Positions 40,126-52,882 of a stretch of 64,000 bases of DNA are shown in pieces (the first letter of the stretch is position 1; every line of letters starts with the position of its first letter). Made by a program: the position numbers and the translations under genes. The DNA is taken from NCBI RefSeq assembly GCF_009914755.1, contig NC_060931.1; one strand, 5' to 3'. The notes beneath the pieces are model-generated. The model saw only the letters and a list, made by a program, of their open reading frames with translations. It ran no database searches and was not told the DNA's origin. Source of the DNA: the human T2T-CHM13v2.0 reference genome, Homo sapiens.

Positions 40126-42214
40126 CCTGGTAACGGGTGCTTTTTGGAGGGAGGATAGGTAGGGGAAGTTTCCATTCCGCCGTCTTGGCTGTGGACTCAC
40201 AGAACACCATGTCTGCATGGTGCATACCTGAGAACTTTGCCAACAGGGATCTGCACAGCACTGTGGGAAGCATCCCTCATCAGCCATGGCCCTCGTCCCT
40301 CGGACCTCCCATCCTAGACGTGGTTCAAGACTAGCATATGGTGGTCTGGAGGAAGGTGGAATGGCCAAAGGTCGAAGAGCTCTACAGTGGAGACCTAAGG
40401 CCTGAACCCAGGTTTTCTGAATCCCATTCCAGTTTTTTTGCCACTCTACTTAGAGAAAAGGAAATAACAAGAATGCAAAGTATCCTGCTGGAGCCATCAA
40501 AAGGCCTTGGGTCATACGCTGAACAAAGAACAGAGCCCTCATGGTGTGTTTGGTGGGCCACTCCAAGAAAATAAATATAACACATTAGCTTAAAGTTCCT
40601 GCTTAAGCCACTGTTGGTCAAGTAAACCTCCTCACTTGAGTGTGAAATAGCCGAGTCATAGGAGACACATTCATCTATACAACAGTCTTATTCTTGAAAA
40701 ATGCGGGAAAAGTAATCTTACTTTGAAGGCATTACAAGAGTCAACTGTTCTTCCATAAAGCAGCGAAGCAGTTGTAAAGAGGATTGATTGCTCCTGATTC
40801 TCTGTGCGAGGATGACTTTGTAAATTTGGGTTTCCTTCAACTGTAGTGCCACTGAATCAGGAATACGGCAGGATTGCAAAGGGGAGAAGAAAGAGGGGGC
40901 TTGGAGGAGAAAATAAATACCGCTGGAGCACCCTTGACTTTTCAAAGTCCTGTGTGAATTCCACACCTTGTCTGCCCCCATTTTGGCAGATAATGGAATG
41001 GAGGTGCCCAAGGGGCTTGGGTGCAGGTGGCAAAAAATGAGCAAAACTGTGGCATTCTGGGCTGAGCCCAGGGCTCTGCCATTAGACTTATCTTGACTGG
41101 GAACTTCTAGGAAGATTCAAAATTCTGCTTTTGAAGTGGTCAGACAAGCACTAGCCTTTGGAAAGCGGTTGGTGCTCACCCACAAGCTGCTCTCTTCTTG
41201 CTCAGATGTTTGAGCCCTGCAGAAGCACCAGAGGGCTGCCATGTTGATCCGGCCAGGGGCTGCCGACAGCTTCCCTGGTCTCCACCCACCCCCTTTTTAA
41301 GGTTCTTCTCAAATTCTTCCTCACACCCCAGCTGCCCGCCCTTGTCAGCTGGGGAGATTGCTGCTTCTTGCCTCCTTTGTGAGATTTAAAAAGCTTCCTA
41401 TTCTTCCTTTGAAATGGAGGAATAAGGCCTATCTTCGGGGTTTCTTTGCAAGATGAGTAAGCGGCCCCTTTCAAAGCCCTTGGGAAAGATTTCAATAGAG
41501 GATTTAAGGCAGGACAGAGTAGTTCATGTGATTCCAGGCTTAAGATGTTGTCTTCAGCGTTAGACCTCAAGAAATCCAGCCGATATTTCCATTGTGTCTG
41601 AGAAATTAAAAGCTTTAGCTTTTGCCTATGAAAAATATTTGCTTAATTGAACAAAGTTGCCAATCGGACAGTGCTTTCTGAGAACTGACATGCTAAATCT
41701 TCCCTGAGGACTTTATTCTGTTAACAAGAAAGATAATTGTCTTGAATGTGGCGTCCCGCACTGTATTCCCGATCAATAGGGCACCATCTTAGCTTCCTTC
41801 GAGATGTGGTGAAATGGAGACGAAGGCACGTTCCCTGGCTGGTCATCTCTTATGCTTCCTGTGGGGACTGAAGCTCCAGCACAGAGGCCCTTGTGCAGCA
41901 CCTAGTCATCAACCCTCAGGCACATCCCAGGCCTCTGGAACTGTGTTTATCAGTGAATAAATCCACAAGTGGATATTGAATGTCTATTGCATGTGCAGTG
42001 TCGGAGACTTTGAGGACTGTTGATATTGCATTAGGTAGCAACATCAAGGAGTTTCTCCCCTATGTGTGGTGGGGGAGGCAAACACATATTAATCAGTAAG
42101 TTCCACAGGGAACCTGCCACCAAGTCAAGTTGTGTGTTACCGACTACCAAGTCAGCATTTGGATAAGTTCTGTATGTGACATGCATCACCTAAACCAGGG
42201 ATGAGAAAACGCAT

Positions 42215-42250
<36 letters not shown>

Positions 42251-42294
42251 GGTGTGGGTGTGTGTGTGTGTGGATGGGTGTGGGTGTGTGTGTG
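42215..42294. repeat. (TG)n/(TGGG)n microsatellite
   Basis: Read directly. Confidence 0.95.
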
Positions 42295-42443
42295 AAGGGC
42301 CAGATAGTAAATATTTAAGGCTCTGTTGGCCAGACGGTCTCTGTTCCTCAACCCCGCTGTTGTAGTGGGAAAGCGGCCACACATGATATGTAAATGAATG
42401 TGTGTGGCTGTTTGCCAATAAAACTTTGTTTACAAAGACAGAT

Positions 42444-42757
42444 GGCTGGGCGAGGTGGCTCATGCCTGTGATCCCAGCACTTTGGGAGGCCGAGGCAAGT
42501 GGGTGGATCACAAGGTCAGGAGTTCGAGACCAGCCTGGCCAACATGGTGAAACTCCATATCCACTAAAAATACAAAAATTAGCTGGGCATAGTGGTGGGC
42601 ACCTGTAATCCCAGCTACTCAGGAGGCTGAGGCAGAAGAATCACTTGAAACCAGAAGACGGAGGTTGCAGTGAGCCGAGATCATGCCACTGTACTCTAGC
42701 CTGGGTGACAGAGCGAGACTCCATCTCAAAAACAAAACAAAACAAACAAAACAAAAA
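42444..42757 (+). mobile_element. AluS
   Basis: GGCTGGGCGAGGTGGCTCATGCCTGT...GAGCGAGACTCCATCTC with (CAAAA)n tail. Confidence 0.96.
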
Positions 42758-42787
42758 CCAGGCAGCCGACTGGATTTGGCCCAGGCC

Positions 42788-42902
42788 AGGTTGCTACCAG
42801 TTGAGTTTGAATTTCAGATACAAAGAGAGTACGTTGTTAGAGTGCCCCAAGCATGGCATTGGGCACACTTGCCCTGGATGTCTTTTATTTGATCTGGCAA
42901 CT
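42788..42902. mobile_element. MER53-like fragment
   Basis: CCAGTTGAGTTTGAATTTCAGATA...TTTGATCTGGCAAC. Confidence 0.55.
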
Positions 42903-42994
42903 TCAGAGTGTGCCAATGCTTGGTTTGAATCAATGGCTATTTCGACTGAGTCCATTAAAACGTTTGGCCTTGAATCATATCATTCAAACTTGGG

Positions 42995-43095
42995 GAAGAT
43001 CAGAGAGATTTTCTAGCCTAGGTTCCTATTTTTCAGATGGGAGAACTGGATTCCAGGGAAGGGACGGGATCTGTCCAACATCCCACTGCTAGTCC
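42995..43095 (-). mobile_element. MIR fragment
   Basis: CTATTTTTCAGATGGGAGAACTG...TGTCCAACATCCCACTGCTAGT. Confidence 0.55.
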
Positions 43096-43489
43096 ACCTT
43101 CATGAAAGAAAACTTCCAGAAGCAGGTCTTTCTGTCAACTCTGTGTGCCAGCTCCTTAGTCCTTTGATATTCTCAAGGAGAAAACATAGTCATTTATTGG
43201 TAATGGGCCAAATGTTCAACCTTCTGTCACTCAGTGGCACAGTTCCTAGAGAAGTACAGAGGGTGGGAATTGGGCCAGTGCTGTGCACCTCCGATAGGCA
43301 CACGGAGATGGTACAGTCTAGTTTGTAGATACACAAACATGCCTGTAATTTAAACATCTGTATCAAACTGGAATCGGCCTTGCCCTCTCAGGCACCATCC
43401 CGGCGCGGGACACTGACTGGGGCCGCGGTGAATGTTTCTGCTGGGTTCTGAATGAACTGTGACACAGAACAAGGGCCCAGGGAGTGAGA

Positions 43490-43610
43490 TACGTGTGGAG
43501 TCTGATGTACAGTCTTGGGTTCTAATCCTGGCTCCAGCACTTCCCAACTGTCTAAACGTTCTTACAATTTCTACTTTATCTTTTATGGAACTGGGTAGAT
43601 GATGTGTTTC
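43490..43610 (+). mobile_element. MIR fragment
   Basis: GGAGTC...TGGGTTCTAATCCTGGCTCCAGCACTT. Confidence 0.5.
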
Positions 43611-46526
43611 TCATAGAGAGTGTCTGGGAATTTCCTAGTACACCACCTGCAGCATAGCATTTAACACGCATTTTCCCCCTCCCAGTCGCCTTCTGGTGCC
43701 CCAGGGCACACAACACTTCGTCTCCCCAGGCACGCGGCGTGCCACTGTGGTTCTGTTCATAGGGGCACAGTGAAGAGGTTTCTCTTTTTCGAGGCGGCCC
43801 TGGCTGACCTGTGGCTGGGATTCCGTGTAACACACATGAGCTAGGTGTTGCACACTCAGCTGAGAATTGGAAAGCAGACCTCAGTGAGAAGCAGCAGAGA
43901 CAGGCTGGACTTAGGAAGCATTGACTGTGTGCCTGCCGCTGTGCGTACTTCCTACCTTCCTTAAGAGGCAGTTTGCTTTATCAATCTCACTTGATCATGC
44001 AGACACTCAGAAAAATGAAGTAATTAGGTCAAAGTCGTGATAGCTAATACTTATTTTTTATTATTTTTATCATTTATTATTTTATTATTTTTAAAAATAA
44101 ATCTCAATATTTCCTTTTCTCTTAAATATGTATATCAGGACCTTTCTGGATTTTTAGTTAAGACTTTAAATTTTATCTAAGTGGCAGAAATGTATTTCCC
44201 ATTTGGTGATGGCAGCGCGGTTAGCATTTTAGAGTCCTTGCTTGTAGCTGTGCTTTTCCACGATTGTTCAGGAACAATTTCCAGGGCTTTGTCTGTTCAG
44301 GAGATAGTAACACTGGGGAATGTAAAATATTTGGACCTCCTTGTTTGATTTTCTACTTTTTGCCAAGTCTTCTCTTTCCCTTACATTCTTCAAAGGATAA
44401 AGGGCACATTAACAAGCTCTTCACTGATAGTGACAATTAGGGTGTAATTTGTGAACTAAAATTTGCCAATTGCCTTCATTACTTAGGAATTGACAGTCTG
44501 CTTTTCATTCTTCTTTAAAACGGTGCTTTACTTAAAGCCCGCCCGCCTGCCGGATGGAGGGATTTTCTGAATGACACATTCGTCTTTTGAACAGGGAGCT
44601 GTGACGTGGTGGATGTTCTCTGAGAAGGAAAATGAGCCCCTCAGCGATCCATACATTTCGATAATTTATTTCCAGTAGTAAATTACAGGCACATGTGAGA
44701 TATTTGAATAACTTTTAGCACAGAGAATAACCAGCCAAACCAAAATGAGAAACTAGGTGATCATGTGTCCTGGTAATAACTGACTCATGAACTCGCAAAT
44801 TCACCAAATATATACGTATTCGTTTATTGATAACTGGGGACACATGACATCGAGTGGCGAGCAGGTTGACTGGAATTGCCCACATGGCCACCTGCTTCTC
44901 GAACTTTGTCCTCCCCACCTTGCAGGGTGCACCAAGCCTCTCTCTGAGTTGGTTTTAGGAGAAATTGGTTTTGCTCTCAATGATTTTCTACAAGTGGGTG
45001 GACAGGCCACCTGTAGCTTACTTGTTCCTTATGTCACTTCATACTGTGGCTTTCAGCATGATTGGCTGCACTTTATCACAGCATTTATTTTATTGCATAT
45101 TTAATTGGCTGAAAGTTTTGTGTTAATTGGGTGGAATCTTACCTTTCAGAGTGTTTTGGTTCTAAAGCAGTCTCAGACTTAAGCACAGTTAATTCCCCTT
45201 TGAGATCCTTTATCACTGACAACACGAGATCAAATAACCAACTAATTAAAATTGATGTCCACCTTCTATTGAAGTCATTATTCACTTTCCCTTAAGGAAG
45301 TGGTTTTCTGAATTTGCAATCCCTGGGGAATATTTTTTCCTCCTCAAATCATGTGAGTGTGAAAATGTGGAGTCTAAGATTCTTGTTTCCTTTCTATGTC
45401 AAAAACAAATCCTCGCTGTGGACGAGTCTGTGTCTGTGGTCTTACCCTGCACAAATACACAGGCTTGTGTGTTCCTGCTAAATGCTTCTCTGCCCATCAG
45501 TTTTAGAGGCCATGTGTTCATGGGCGTGGAGGCCTCAGGAAAATGGCCAATATTCTTTTGTAGTGCTGAATGCTTAACACTTTAAACAAAGACACCTGTG
45601 GGGTTGGTGTGTGTGCAAGTGTGTATATGTCCGTTTATATATGCGTGGGTTTCTGCTGGAACGGACAGCCTGCCGTGTTTTGCGTGTGTATACGACATCG
45701 CTGTATATGCGTGCATATCTGCTGTCAAAGATGCCTGCCATGGGATGCTAACGGCCAGTGCCTGGGAGTCTCAGCTGCTTCCTGCTTGTGGAGGTAAGGG
45801 ACAGGGGCCAGACCCCGTGATTGGGGCAGCAGGGGAGCTGGCCACAGAGGGCTCCTGCAGTCACCAGGGCACCAACCCTTGATGGGCCAGTATGGAGGGA
45901 TGTGTGGGGTGTAGGGGACGGGTTTGGGGGGGGTGGTCTCAGAGTAGGAGGAGCCACTCAGAGCCTTGTGATTCTCTGGGGCTTTCCTGGCCTGCTGTGG
46001 GTCAGCATGGCTCTGGGACCCACGGGACCAGGCAAAGGCATATCTGGATGGGCCATTGCAGTGGCTCTTCCACTGGACACAGACCTGATGTCTTCTGCCA
46101 TGCGGGCTCTGGGGAATTCTTCCAGGACCTGCTTGCATCACCTCCTCACTAGCCTCCTCTGCTCCTGGCCTCTGCTCACGTGGGACGGAGGACAGCCCCC
46201 AGTGTTGGTGAGAAGAGCAGGGCGGAGACCTACAGACCTGCCCCTTGGGGCCAGCTGCTGTGTGGCCTGGTGGGGCCAGCTCAGGGACCCTCTTGGGGGC
46301 TAGCTGGCAGGGATGATTATGCCATGCAGAGGACCACTGAGAAGGCATCTGAGGCCAGGTTCAAGCCCCATGGGAAAGAATGCGGTGATATCTTAGCAGT
46401 GTCTGCCAGGCTGCAGGAGGGGCTGCGGGCGCTTCTGGCACTACTCTGCTGGCCTTGATTAGGTGATCCCCAAAGTCCTTTCTGAGGTTTTTCACAGTCC
46501 GAGATCAGCCTGCTAGGTCTCCACAT

Positions 46527-46885
46527 GTCTTTCTCAGCTGGTGTGACACGCGCTGAGCCCCTGCTCTGTGCTGCTGTCTGTCTGTCTGTCTTTCTCGGCT
46601 GGTGTGGCATGCGCTGAGCCCCTGCTCTGTGCTGCTGTCTGTCTGTCTGTCTGTCTTTCTTGGCTGGTGTAGCACACGCTGAGCTCCTGCTTTGTGCTGC
46701 TGTCTGTCTTGGCTGGTGTGGCACAAGCTGAGCGTCTGCTCTGTGCTTCTGTTAGTCTGTCTCAGCTGCTGTGGCACACACTGAGCCCCTGCTCTGTGCT
46801 GCTGTCTGTCTGTCTTTCTCGGCTGGTGTGGCACGCTGCACTGTGCCTCTTGCTCTGCACTGCTGTCTGTCTGTCTTCTCGCTGT
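46527..46885. repeat. Minisatellite, ~6 x 55-65 bp, with an embedded variable (TGTC)n
   Basis: GGCTGGTGTGGCAC.CGCTGAGCCCCTGCTCTGTGCTGC(TGTC)n repeated. Confidence 0.92.
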
Positions 46886-48156
46886 TGTTCAAGCCCTATC
46901 GGGTCATTTGGCATTTTCTGCCTCAGGGTTATTACACCAAGAAAAAAATATTTAAAGAAGTGTGTGGGCCACCGTTTCTGGGTTTTGAGTTTCAAGAGCG
47001 TTGTCCTGGAGGGATCTGGATGTGAGTGAAGACAGAGAAAAGCCAAAAAAAGAAAAGTCAGAGCTTGGTTTCTTGAGCTGAGGGAGGGAAGAGGTCACAG
47101 GGAGGGGCTGGTGTCTTGTGGCTCCAGAGGAAGGAACCAGCCCCTCTGCCTCCCTGTCCTGGGCCTCTTTCCTGGATAGAGTTCCAGGGCAGGGGTTGGG
47201 TGGGTGGGTGGCAGGACGCTAGAGAAAACATGCCAGTCTAAGCTGCTGAGAACCTAGGGCCAGTGAGAATCCCTGGTGGACACGAGGGGCTGGAAATGAC
47301 AGAGATGTCACCGACAATTTAGCAGTGACCTTCACAGACTCAGAGCCAAGGTCGGATGAGAGACGGATCTTGCAGGAGATGCTGCATGGAGAGATGGTTC
47401 TGAGGACCCAGAGCCCTGCCCTCGAATCTCGTCAATACACCAGGGGGCAAAGGAGGGCATCTTCATGATTGGAAGCAGAGTTTTATCTGCCTTGAGAGAA
47501 GGGGAGCTTGAAATAGAAAACTACGTGGCATTCTAAAAAACAAATAAAATTTGCTTCTTAGGCACTGAGGGCCTGAACTGAGAGCTCTGTACCCTTGACT
47601 CATGTCATGTTTAAAGATTTTCCTAGCATTTTATTAATAGCATCCGCCAGAAAAGGTAGAAATAAACAAGGAGTCAGGGAGCATAGGGAGTCCACACATG
47701 ATTCACTTTAAATGTTCTCATTCAGCACAGTTCCTCTTCAGCTCCCACAGGGATCGGCGCTGGTCTGGTGGGACGCTGGGGGCCGGTACGTGGAGCACAT
47801 GCTTTCTGCTGCAGAGACCTCTGGAAGAGGCCCCGGTGAGCACAGGTGAAGACAGGCCTGTCCCTGTGCACACAGTGTGGCTGGACCAGCTGCTCTTGTC
47901 CTGACCTCTGCATGCTCATCTGTAAAACACAGGCATTTGCCTAGGGGCGATCTAATGACTCCTAGATTCAGCCCCCAGAGAGCCTGCCTAGAAATAGCCA
48001 CGATTCAACGTGATGCAAACACGGAAGCTCCCCAGGGGGGTAAGACGGCAATTCTCCCAGCCTTCCAGCTTCCACTGGGCCAGGGCCCTTTCATCTTCTG
48101 ACCTGCTCTCAGGCATGCCACATCTGAAAACTCTGCCACCTTTGCGCGAGACCCCT

Positions 48157-48599
48157 GCATTAGCCCAGGGAGACAGAACCAATAGGATGTCTGTATAAAG
48201 AGATTCATCCAGAGGGATTGGCTCATGTGGTTATGGAGTCTGCCTTCTGCCCACTGGAGACTCAGGAAGCCTGGCGGTGTGGTTCAGTCCAAGTCTGAAG
48301 GCCCTTGAACCAGGAGAGCTGATGGTCTCAGTCTCAGCCCAAGTGGGGGAGAAGGTTGGTGTCCCGGCTCACGCAGCCACGCCGAGAGGTTAAATCTCCA
48401 TTTTGTTCTATTCTGCACTGAACCTCGAGGGACTGCATGAAGCCCACCCACATGAAGAAGGGCCACCTACTTTCCTGAGTCCACTGAGACCACCAATCTC
48501 CGCGGGAAACACGCTCACAGACACACCCAGAAATAATGTTTAACTCAGTGTCTGGGAACCCCTCAGCCAGCAAAGGTGACACAAAATTTAACCATCACA
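48157..48599 (-). mobile_element. MLT2 (ERVL) solo LTR, MLT2B-like
   Basis: GAGACAGAACCAATAGGA...GATTGGCTCATGTGGTTATGGAG...CTCACAGACACACCCAGAAATAATGTTTAAC...TGACACAAAATTTAACCATCACA. Confidence 0.9.
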
Positions 48600-48689
48600 G
48601 CTCCCTCTGGATAAGATGAGGGAACAAGATTTCATAACATTGGGCCCACGGACACTCAATGGACGGAAACAAGGCTGACCTGTCCTCAG

Positions 48690-49560
48690 AAGGACATACC
48701 CCACAGTGTGGTTCTTGGTCCCATAGCCATGGTCAACACTGTCCCTCCAGTTTAGCTGAGTCCTCGCCGTCACTTCAGTCCTGCTGCCAGGGCCCTGTCC
48801 TCCACACAGCCTTGGCCACGGTCACCTTCTCTCCTTTGAGCCACTTGGACTCACATCTGAGGCACATTGTCAGCACAGACCCCTCAGCTCCCACCACACA
48901 CACTTCCTGATTTCGCACTGAGATGTCCGGCACCTCAAACCCAACATATCAAAACCTGAGACCCTTCCAGTCCTCCCTGCCTCTGCCGGTGAACACTCCA
49001 GGGTTCCAGGCCGAAACCATGGCCTACTCCTTGATTCTCCCTTTTCCCTTACACTTCACATCTGGTCTGTCAGCAAATCTTGCTGTATCTGCCTTGACAA
49101 TGGAGCCACATTCAACAACTGCTCCCCCTCCCACTGCCACCAGCCTGGCCAGATCCCAGGGTCTCTCACCCACATTCAGAGGGAAGCTCCCATCGGGGCT
49201 TCCTGCTGCTTTGTGCCCTCTGGCAGTCTGCCATCAGCAGAGGGATCATCCACAAAGTCACATCATGCCTCCCACCCTCCAATGGCTTCACACCCCACTC
49301 AGAACAAAAGCCCAAGTTCATAATAGGATCTACAAGGCCCTCCAGGGTTTCCTTCCCTGCAATATCTCTGTCCTTGTCCCTCAACACTCACCCTCTCATC
49401 CTCTCTATTCCAGCCACATTGAGCCCCTTGCTTTCCCTGGAACATGTCAGGGGCTCTCTTCCCCAAGGTTCCAGCACTGACGGCCTTCTCTGCCTAGAGC
49501 ATTCTTCCTCCAACAGCAGCGTGGATGACTCCCTCACTTTCTCTGATCTTTACTGAAAAG
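48690..49560 (+). mobile_element. L2 remnant
   Basis: GGCACCTCAAACCCAACATATCAAAACCTGA...CCCTCCAATGGCTTC..ACTCAGAACAAAAGCCCAAGTTC..TACAAGGCCCT...CTCTGCCTAGAGCATTCTTCC. Confidence 0.8.
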
Positions 49561-51049
49561 CAGGAATGAGGCCCAGACAGCAAACACTTGAGAGATAAAG
49601 AATACTAACCTTGCACAAACTATTTTAAAAATAGAGAAGGAGGGCACACCCCCCAGTTTATTTTATGAGATGAATATTACACTGATTAGAACCCCTCTTC
49701 CCCAAAAGAACAGGCAAAGACTTTACAAAGAACGAAATCTGAAGGCTAATATTTCTCATGAATGTAGAAACAAAATCCCTTAGCAAAACACGAGCAAATG
49801 ATACCAGCAATATAAAAAGGAAAATAAACATGATTCTATAGGCTTTATACCAAGAATGCAATGTTGGTTTAATATGTGAAAACCAATAAATGTAACTCTT
49901 GTATTATCAAAATCAAAAGGAAATCATATAATTATCTTAACAGATGCAGAAAAAAATGTGAAAAACTTCAAGGCCCATTATTGAGAAAAACTTTCAGCAA
50001 AACTAGAGATCTAAGAGAACTTCCTTAATCTGATAAAGATAATCTATGGAGAATCTACAGATAACATAATGAATGGTGAAAAACTGAATTTATTTTCCCT
50101 AAGGTAAGAAATAAGGTAAGACTGTCACTTCTCACTATTTTCCCCTCAGTGTTGTACTAGAATTCACAGCCACTGCAGTAAGACAAGAAAAAGAAATACA
50201 AAGCACAGATTGGGAAGGAAGATGAAAATCTGCCTCTATTCCTAGATGACAGGTTAGTGTACATAGAAAATACTTGTAACCTATAAAAAACCAATAGGTG
50301 AGTGTTCCAAAGCCACAGGACACCAGTTGATATATAAAAACCATTTCTTTTACAATATATAAGCAATGGACAATGGGAAACTGAATTAAGAGCATAATGT
50401 CTAATACAATAAAAAATGTGAAATGTTTAGGGATAAATTTAACAAAATACATGCAAGATTTGTATACAAAAAATATATAATATTGCCAAAAGTAATTAAA
50501 CATGACCAATAGTGGTTGAGAGATTGGTTGTATTCACAGATTTGAAGACTTGATATAATGAAGAGTTCTAGTCCTCCCAAACTGATCTTACATTCAGTGC
50601 AATCTCAATGAAAACTCAACCGTGCTTATTTTTTTTTGGCAGAAGTTTACAAACAAATTCTGCAATTTACATGGAAATGCAAAGGACTTAAAATAGTTAA
50701 AGCAATTTTGAAAAACAGGAAAGTAATTGAAAAACTCACATTACCAGATTTTGAGACAATGTAAAACTGAAGTCATGAAAACAGTGTGGGATTAGTGTAC
50801 AATAGAAATATAGGCCAATAGAACAGAATCGAGGCACAAAGCAGACCCACACATATATAATCAATTGATTTTTGGCAAAGTTGCCGAAACAATAAATGAG
50901 AAAAGATGATCTTTTCAATAAATGGTGTGGGAGCAACTGGACAACCGTATGGAAATGACAACAACAAAAAAACCTCAACTCTTACCTTACACTACACCCA
51001 AAGGTAATTCTAGATGGAGTAAGGATCTACAAGTAGAAGTAAAGCCATC

Positions 51050-51727
<678 letters not shown>

Positions 51728-51800
51728 GTTTATAGGAAAAAAAAACACAGGAGAGAACATGATTTTGAAGTAGGCAAAACTACTTAGAGATAAAGAGTAC

Positions 51801-52030
51801 AGCTGGGTGCAGTGGCTCACACTGGTAATCCTAGCAGTTTGGGAGCAAGGTGGGAAGATCACCTGAGGCCAGGAGTTTGAGACCAGCCTGGCCAACATAG
51901 TGAAATTCCATCTCTACCTAAAATATAAAAAATTAGCCAGGCATGGTGGCTTGCACCTGTAGTTCCAGCTACCTGGGAGTCTGAGGCACAAGAATCACTT
52001 AAGCCCAGGAGGCAGAGGTTGCAGTCAGCT
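51801..52030 (+). mobile_element. Alu (J/S), 3'-truncated at a VNTR
   Basis: Left arm and most of the right arm up to GAGGTTGCAGTCAGCT; no Alu 3' end or poly(A) tail. Confidence 0.93.
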
Positions 52031-52882
52031 GCATTACAAACTGATGCATGCCTCCACGGTGCACCAGCCTGCATCACACACTGATATGTGCCTCCACGGT
52101 GCACCCGCCTGCATCACACACTGATGTGTGCCTCCATGGTGCACCAGCCTGCATCACACACTGATGTGTGCCTCCATGGTGCACCGCCTGCATTACACAC
52201 TGATGTGTGCCTCCACGGTGCACCCGCCTGCATTACACACTGATGTGTGCCTCCACAGTGCACCCGCCTGCATTACACACTGATGTGTGCCTCCACAGTG
52301 CACCCGCCTGCATTACACACTGATGTGTGCCTCCACGGTGCACCAGCCTGCATCACACAGTGATGTGTGGCTTCATGGTACGCCAGCATGCATCACACAC
52401 TGATGTGTGCCTCCAAGGTGCACCTGCCTGCATTACACACTGATGTGTGCCTCCACGGTTCACCCGCCTGCATCACACACTGATGTGTGCCTCCACGGTG
52501 CACCCGCCTGCATCACGCACTGATGTGTGCCTCCACGGTGCACCGCCTGCATTACACACTGATGTGTGCCTCCACGGTGCACCCGCCTGCATCACGCACT
52601 GATATGCGCCTCCACGGTGCACCCACCTGCATCACACTCTGATGTGTGCCTCCACGGTACACCCGCCTGCATCACACACTGATGTGTGCCTCCACGGTGC
52701 ACCCGCCTGCATTACACACTGATGTGTGCCTCCACGGTGCACCCGCCTGCATTACACACTGATGTGTGCCTCCACGGTACACCCGCCTGCATTACACACT
52801 GATGTACACCTCCATGGTGCACCCGCCTCCATCACACACTGATGTGTGCCTCCATGGTGCACTGCCTGCATCACATACTGAT
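52031..52882. repeat. VNTR, ~21 x 40 bp (GCATCACACACTGATGTGTGCCTCCACGGTGCACCCGCCT)
   Basis: Read directly; units are contiguous with no spacers. Confidence 0.98.

Larger units (their letters stand above)
42195..42787. mobile_element. MER58A interrupted by a (TG/TGGG)n tract and an Alu
   Basis: AAGGGCCAGATAGTAAATATTT..GGC...GGCTGTTTGCCAATAAAACTTTGTTTACAAA[Alu]CAGGCAG...GGATTTGGCCC. Confidence 0.85.

Noticed and set aside
52031-52882. CRISPR-like palindromic repeat array
   Set aside because: Head-to-tail 40-bp units without spacers; an ordinary minisatellite architecture.
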